Part shown: piece by piece, positions 60,419 to 64,000 of the stretch
How positions within the stretch are numbered: position 1 is the first letter of the stretch
Layout: the number at the start of each line of letters is the position of its first letter
Assembly (NCBI GenBank): GCA_964035545.1
Contig: OZ037773.1
Coordinates: 6,911,751-6,975,750 of the forward strand
Source of the DNA: Bugula neritina
Lineage: Eukaryota; Animalia; Bryozoa
Direction of reading: 5' to 3'
DNA: 64,000 nt
Translations under genes and position numbers: made by a program
Notes under the pieces: model-generated
The model's database searches: none
What the model saw: the letters and a program-made list of their open reading frames with translations, nothing else
What the model was told of the DNA's origin: nothing

Positions 60419-63342
60419 TCAAAGCTTTTCTTCAAACCCACTAGTAACTGTCTCACATAACTTCTTATACCACTGGGTTATGCCTGCATTGGGATCAGCC
60501 TCCACTCTTTTCATTATTTCTTCTTTCACTCCAGGTTTACTTATCTAAATGACAGATTCAATCATGGTAAGACAACTACTACCGTTATATTCTTTTAGAG
60601 TATTCACAAACTATGAGTAAGCAATTCTCACCTTCCTGCTATTTTGAGTAGAAGGAAACTTATCAAAGTATAAGATTCTGGCAGGCATCTGATGTTTATC
60701 CATCTGTAAGAATTTTTATAAAGTATTAAAATTCGTACGGAATGAAAAGAGAAGCAATTCAGTCTATAAATACATTATTACATGGTTAATGATGCCTGGC
60801 CATACTGGCTGACGTGTGACCATGGGGTTTGTGGTGGTGTCTAAGCTCAGCATAAACATGTGTGATTTCTAAATCAAATACTAACAGTTCCTTGTATGAT
60901 CAAAACCCAAGTTGTAAATTAAATTTATGTAGTTTAAGGCTTCATAATAAAATTGATTTAATTAGTTTCACTTGACTAGTTTTTTTCTATAAAAAAAAAC
61001 ATATATAAATAAACTCTCCGGGTCCTAAACTAGTGTTTGTATGTTACAATTATTTGTGGTACACATTTTATTGGGAATAATTGTGGTGGGTGGCAAGAAA
61101 CAAATTTTTAATGTGTAGTGCATAGTAAAAGTTAAATTTGTATTATACATTGCATTCTGACAGTGCAACTATATATTATTATATAATGCCCATATTTTTT
61201 ATTCTTACAACTGAGAGTTGTGCCCCCACGCCCTTTTTTGTACATCATGATAATCATATTATTGAATTTGATGAAGCAATTTTAACTTACTCCTTTGCTT
61301 TTTATAAATGTTAGGAGTTCATCTTCAGTGGGCTGTTTGACGCTTTCATCTATGCTAAAACAGATGTATATAATAATTGGGATTGCTGTTTGTAAATAGG
61401 ACGTCGTAGTTTACAAGGAAATGCTATTAGGTGATATTTTCATTGTGTAAAAGTTAACAAACTTATTATAAATTATAGATTATTATCTGAAGATTTATTT
61501 TTGAGGCCTTTCACAGCATGCTGATCAATTTTTTAAATGCAAAATATACATACATATAGTTAAACTAAGTTCTTATATTACAAATACCAATTTAAAAAGT
61601 GTGAAGACTTTCTTTAAATCTTTTTCAACGAAGTTAGTAGAGTTGCAATAAATAAGGACTAGAGTTAGAATAGAGACTAGAGTTAGAATAGAGGCTAGAG
61701 TTTGAATAGAGACTAGAGTTAGAATAGAGGCTAGAGTTAGAATAGAGGCTAGAGTTAGAATAGAGACTAGAGTTTGAATAGAGACTAGAGTTAGAATAGA
61801 AGCTAGAGTTAGTTTAGGGACTAGAGTTAGAATAGAGGCTAGAGTTAGAATAGGGACTAGAGTTAGAATAGAGACTAGAGTTAGAATAGGGAATATAGAG
61901 TTAAAATAGAGACTAGAGTTAGAATAGAGACTAGAGTTAGAATAGAGGCTAGAGTTAGAATAGGGACTAGAGTTAGAATAGAGGCTAGAGTTAGAATAGA
62001 GACTAGAGTTTGAATAGAGACTAGAGTTAGAATAGAAGCTAGAGTTAGTTTAGGGACTAGAGTTAGAATAGAGGCTAGAGTTAGAATAGAGGCTACCTGA
62101 TGCAGTAAGTCACCTCATCTCCATATGCGTCATTATTGAGGGCACTTGATACCTAAAAGTAAATGCATTGTGGGAACAAAACTCATCGGAAGAAAACAAC
62201 TCTTGATACAGCAATAAAACTTGAAAAATTTACTACTTCATCTAGAATTTGAAATTCATTGGTAGAATTTGGTATTCCAATTGCAGTATTATATTAATTT
62301 ATATCATACCACAGCATTAGTCACTCCTGGAAACTGTAATAAAATATCTTCAATAGGTCCCGGATAAAACGCTTTGGCCATGATCTTAAACCTGAAGGCA
62401 TCCACCGCCCGCCCTCTGATGTGGTGAGATCCATCCGGATACATGACAGCTATGTCTCTTCAAATTATAAACCGATAAGTCATTCAGATCCAAAATAGAA
62501 GCAGTTGGCAGACGCAGCTAGTAAAGCCATTCTAAATATATTCTGCTCTTAGACCAAGTTTTAAAAATAAATAGTACTCAATAAAAAAGGGATACAGAGC
62601 AGTTGAAAGAGAGATAGTGAAGTACAATGAACTATTTTTATTAAATTATATAATATAATAAGTTTGATTTCTTAGATCTCAAAGCGATTAGCTCCATTGT
62701 TTTAATATTAGTTATATGACCAAAAAGATGGCGTTACTTCACCCCTATAACCCCCACTTATTTATACTCATTTAAGCTATATTTTGTGTTTTCTACCTAA
62801 AGTTAGATGTAAAATTTTGCATTTGATTTCAAAACAATGTTTCAGCTGTATATACCTGTAATACCACTTTGTTTTTACATGTTGAACGAACCCGTTTGCA
62901 TTATGTACAGTATTTAATAATAAACAGTCTGAAAAGATTTACATTTACCTGATTACAAAGTTAATGCTAATGAATCGCAATAGGGCTCTGATTTTAAGGT
63001 ATAAATGTTTGAACTTTAATTAAAGTTCGCAATAACAGGGAACATAGATTTTTACCCAGTTTTAAAGAATCCATCTTTAGTGAACGCAGCTCGTGTTTTC
63101 TCTGCCATCCCCTTGTATTCTTTGAGTAGGCTAAAGCTTTTAACTTCTAGCTCTCCCTCTGCTCCGATATCAACAATATTATTATGTTGATCAACCAAAC
63201 GGACCTGCATAAAAAGCAAAATGACTTTTAGCAGCCAAATATTTGCACGAGGTCTTGCCATGCACTCATATCACACACACACACACACATGCACGCACGC
63301 ACGCACCCGCGCGCACACATTTGCACGCACACACTCGCACGC

Positions 63343-63378
<36 letters not shown>

Positions 63379-63819
63379 TCGCATCAAACCTGCATGTTTT
63401 CATGACAAACAGGGGAAAACATAAAATGACACATGTCTGATATCTATGCATTTAATTTTTAGCATAACTAAGGGTCTCACAAGTTGACGATGGTAGAACT
63501 TTTATATCATATAAAGTATTTATGATTGTGTTGTCTCTAATTTAAAGATACATTAGTTTATAACACAATTTATTGATTTTTGTACCACAAAAAGTAGCTG
63601 TCAGTTTTTTCAAGCTGCATATAACTGCATTTTATTTTCTTGATACAAACAAAGCCTAGAATCTTTAGCTTAATTATAATATCTTCAATTAAGCAGTAAT
63701 ACTACCTCACAGTTTGGTTTAACATATAACTTAGCCTCAAGCCTCGTCTCTTCATCTTCAGGACTATCTCCCAAGGAAGAGAGGCTAACCATTCCAACTT
63801 CTGACATGCCATAACCAGA
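60419..63819 (-). CDS. ANL-superfamily adenylate-forming enzyme, copy 2 (3' portion; 5' exons beyond window end)
   Basis: Exons 63819-63706, 63204-63056, 62457-62310, 62152-62097, 61354-61291, 60703-60632, 60544-60419. Lengths and phases match copy 1 exons 9-14. Motifs [27 protein letters not shown]. Ends ...GFEEKL*. Confidence 0.92.
61657..62094. repeat. 18-bp minisatellite (GACTAGAGTTAGAATAGA), ~24 units
   Basis: Direct reading; abuts the splice donor of the exon at 62152-62097. Confidence 0.97.
63271..63380. repeat. (CA)/(CACG) microsatellite
   Basis: Direct reading. Confidence 0.95.
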
Positions 63820-64000
63820 CTAAAAGAATTATTTGGTTAGTTGAAAACAGTTAGAAACATGTTATAAATACTATTTTTAATTCAGAAATGTTAAAAAACA
63901 CTTTTTGCACTTGATGAATAAAATTCTTTGTTGAAACGATAAACAAAAAAAAGCAAAAATGAAATAAGAACATTTGTGCTAACATTCTAACTTTGTTTTT

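Noticed and set aside
61657-62094. Regular array that could be mistaken for CRISPR
   Set aside because: Head-to-tail units without unique spacers, no cas genes, eukaryotic intron.

Overview
AT-rich eukaryotic (animal, probably marine invertebrate; the taxon cannot be fixed from sequence) genomic DNA with GT-AG spliced genes. The ORF track shows only exon fragments and microsatellite artefacts. Manual splicing gives seven genes: (1) minus strand, start 10235, running off the left edge: a membrane-anchored PEP-synthase/PPDK-type ATP-grasp enzyme of the rifampicin phosphotransferase/PigC-like class; (2,3) two convergent paralogues of an unrecognised signal-peptide protein (21148-24417 +, 30647-36865 -); (4) a complete CYP2-clan cytochrome P450 (39787-43561 -); (5,7) two convergent, atypical ANL-superfamily adenylate-forming enzymes (48330-56562 +; 60419->63819 -, 5' end beyond the window); (6) a GPI-anchored Ly6/quiver-like three-finger protein between them (57181-59124 -). 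Introns and intergenic DNA hold tRNA-derived SINEs, several MITE families, micro/minisatellites and a 134-bp perfect palindrome. The main hypothesis (inference only) is an animal-encoded small-molecule biosynthetic or tailoring gene cluster, whose adenylating enzymes have a remodelled CoA-binding loop.
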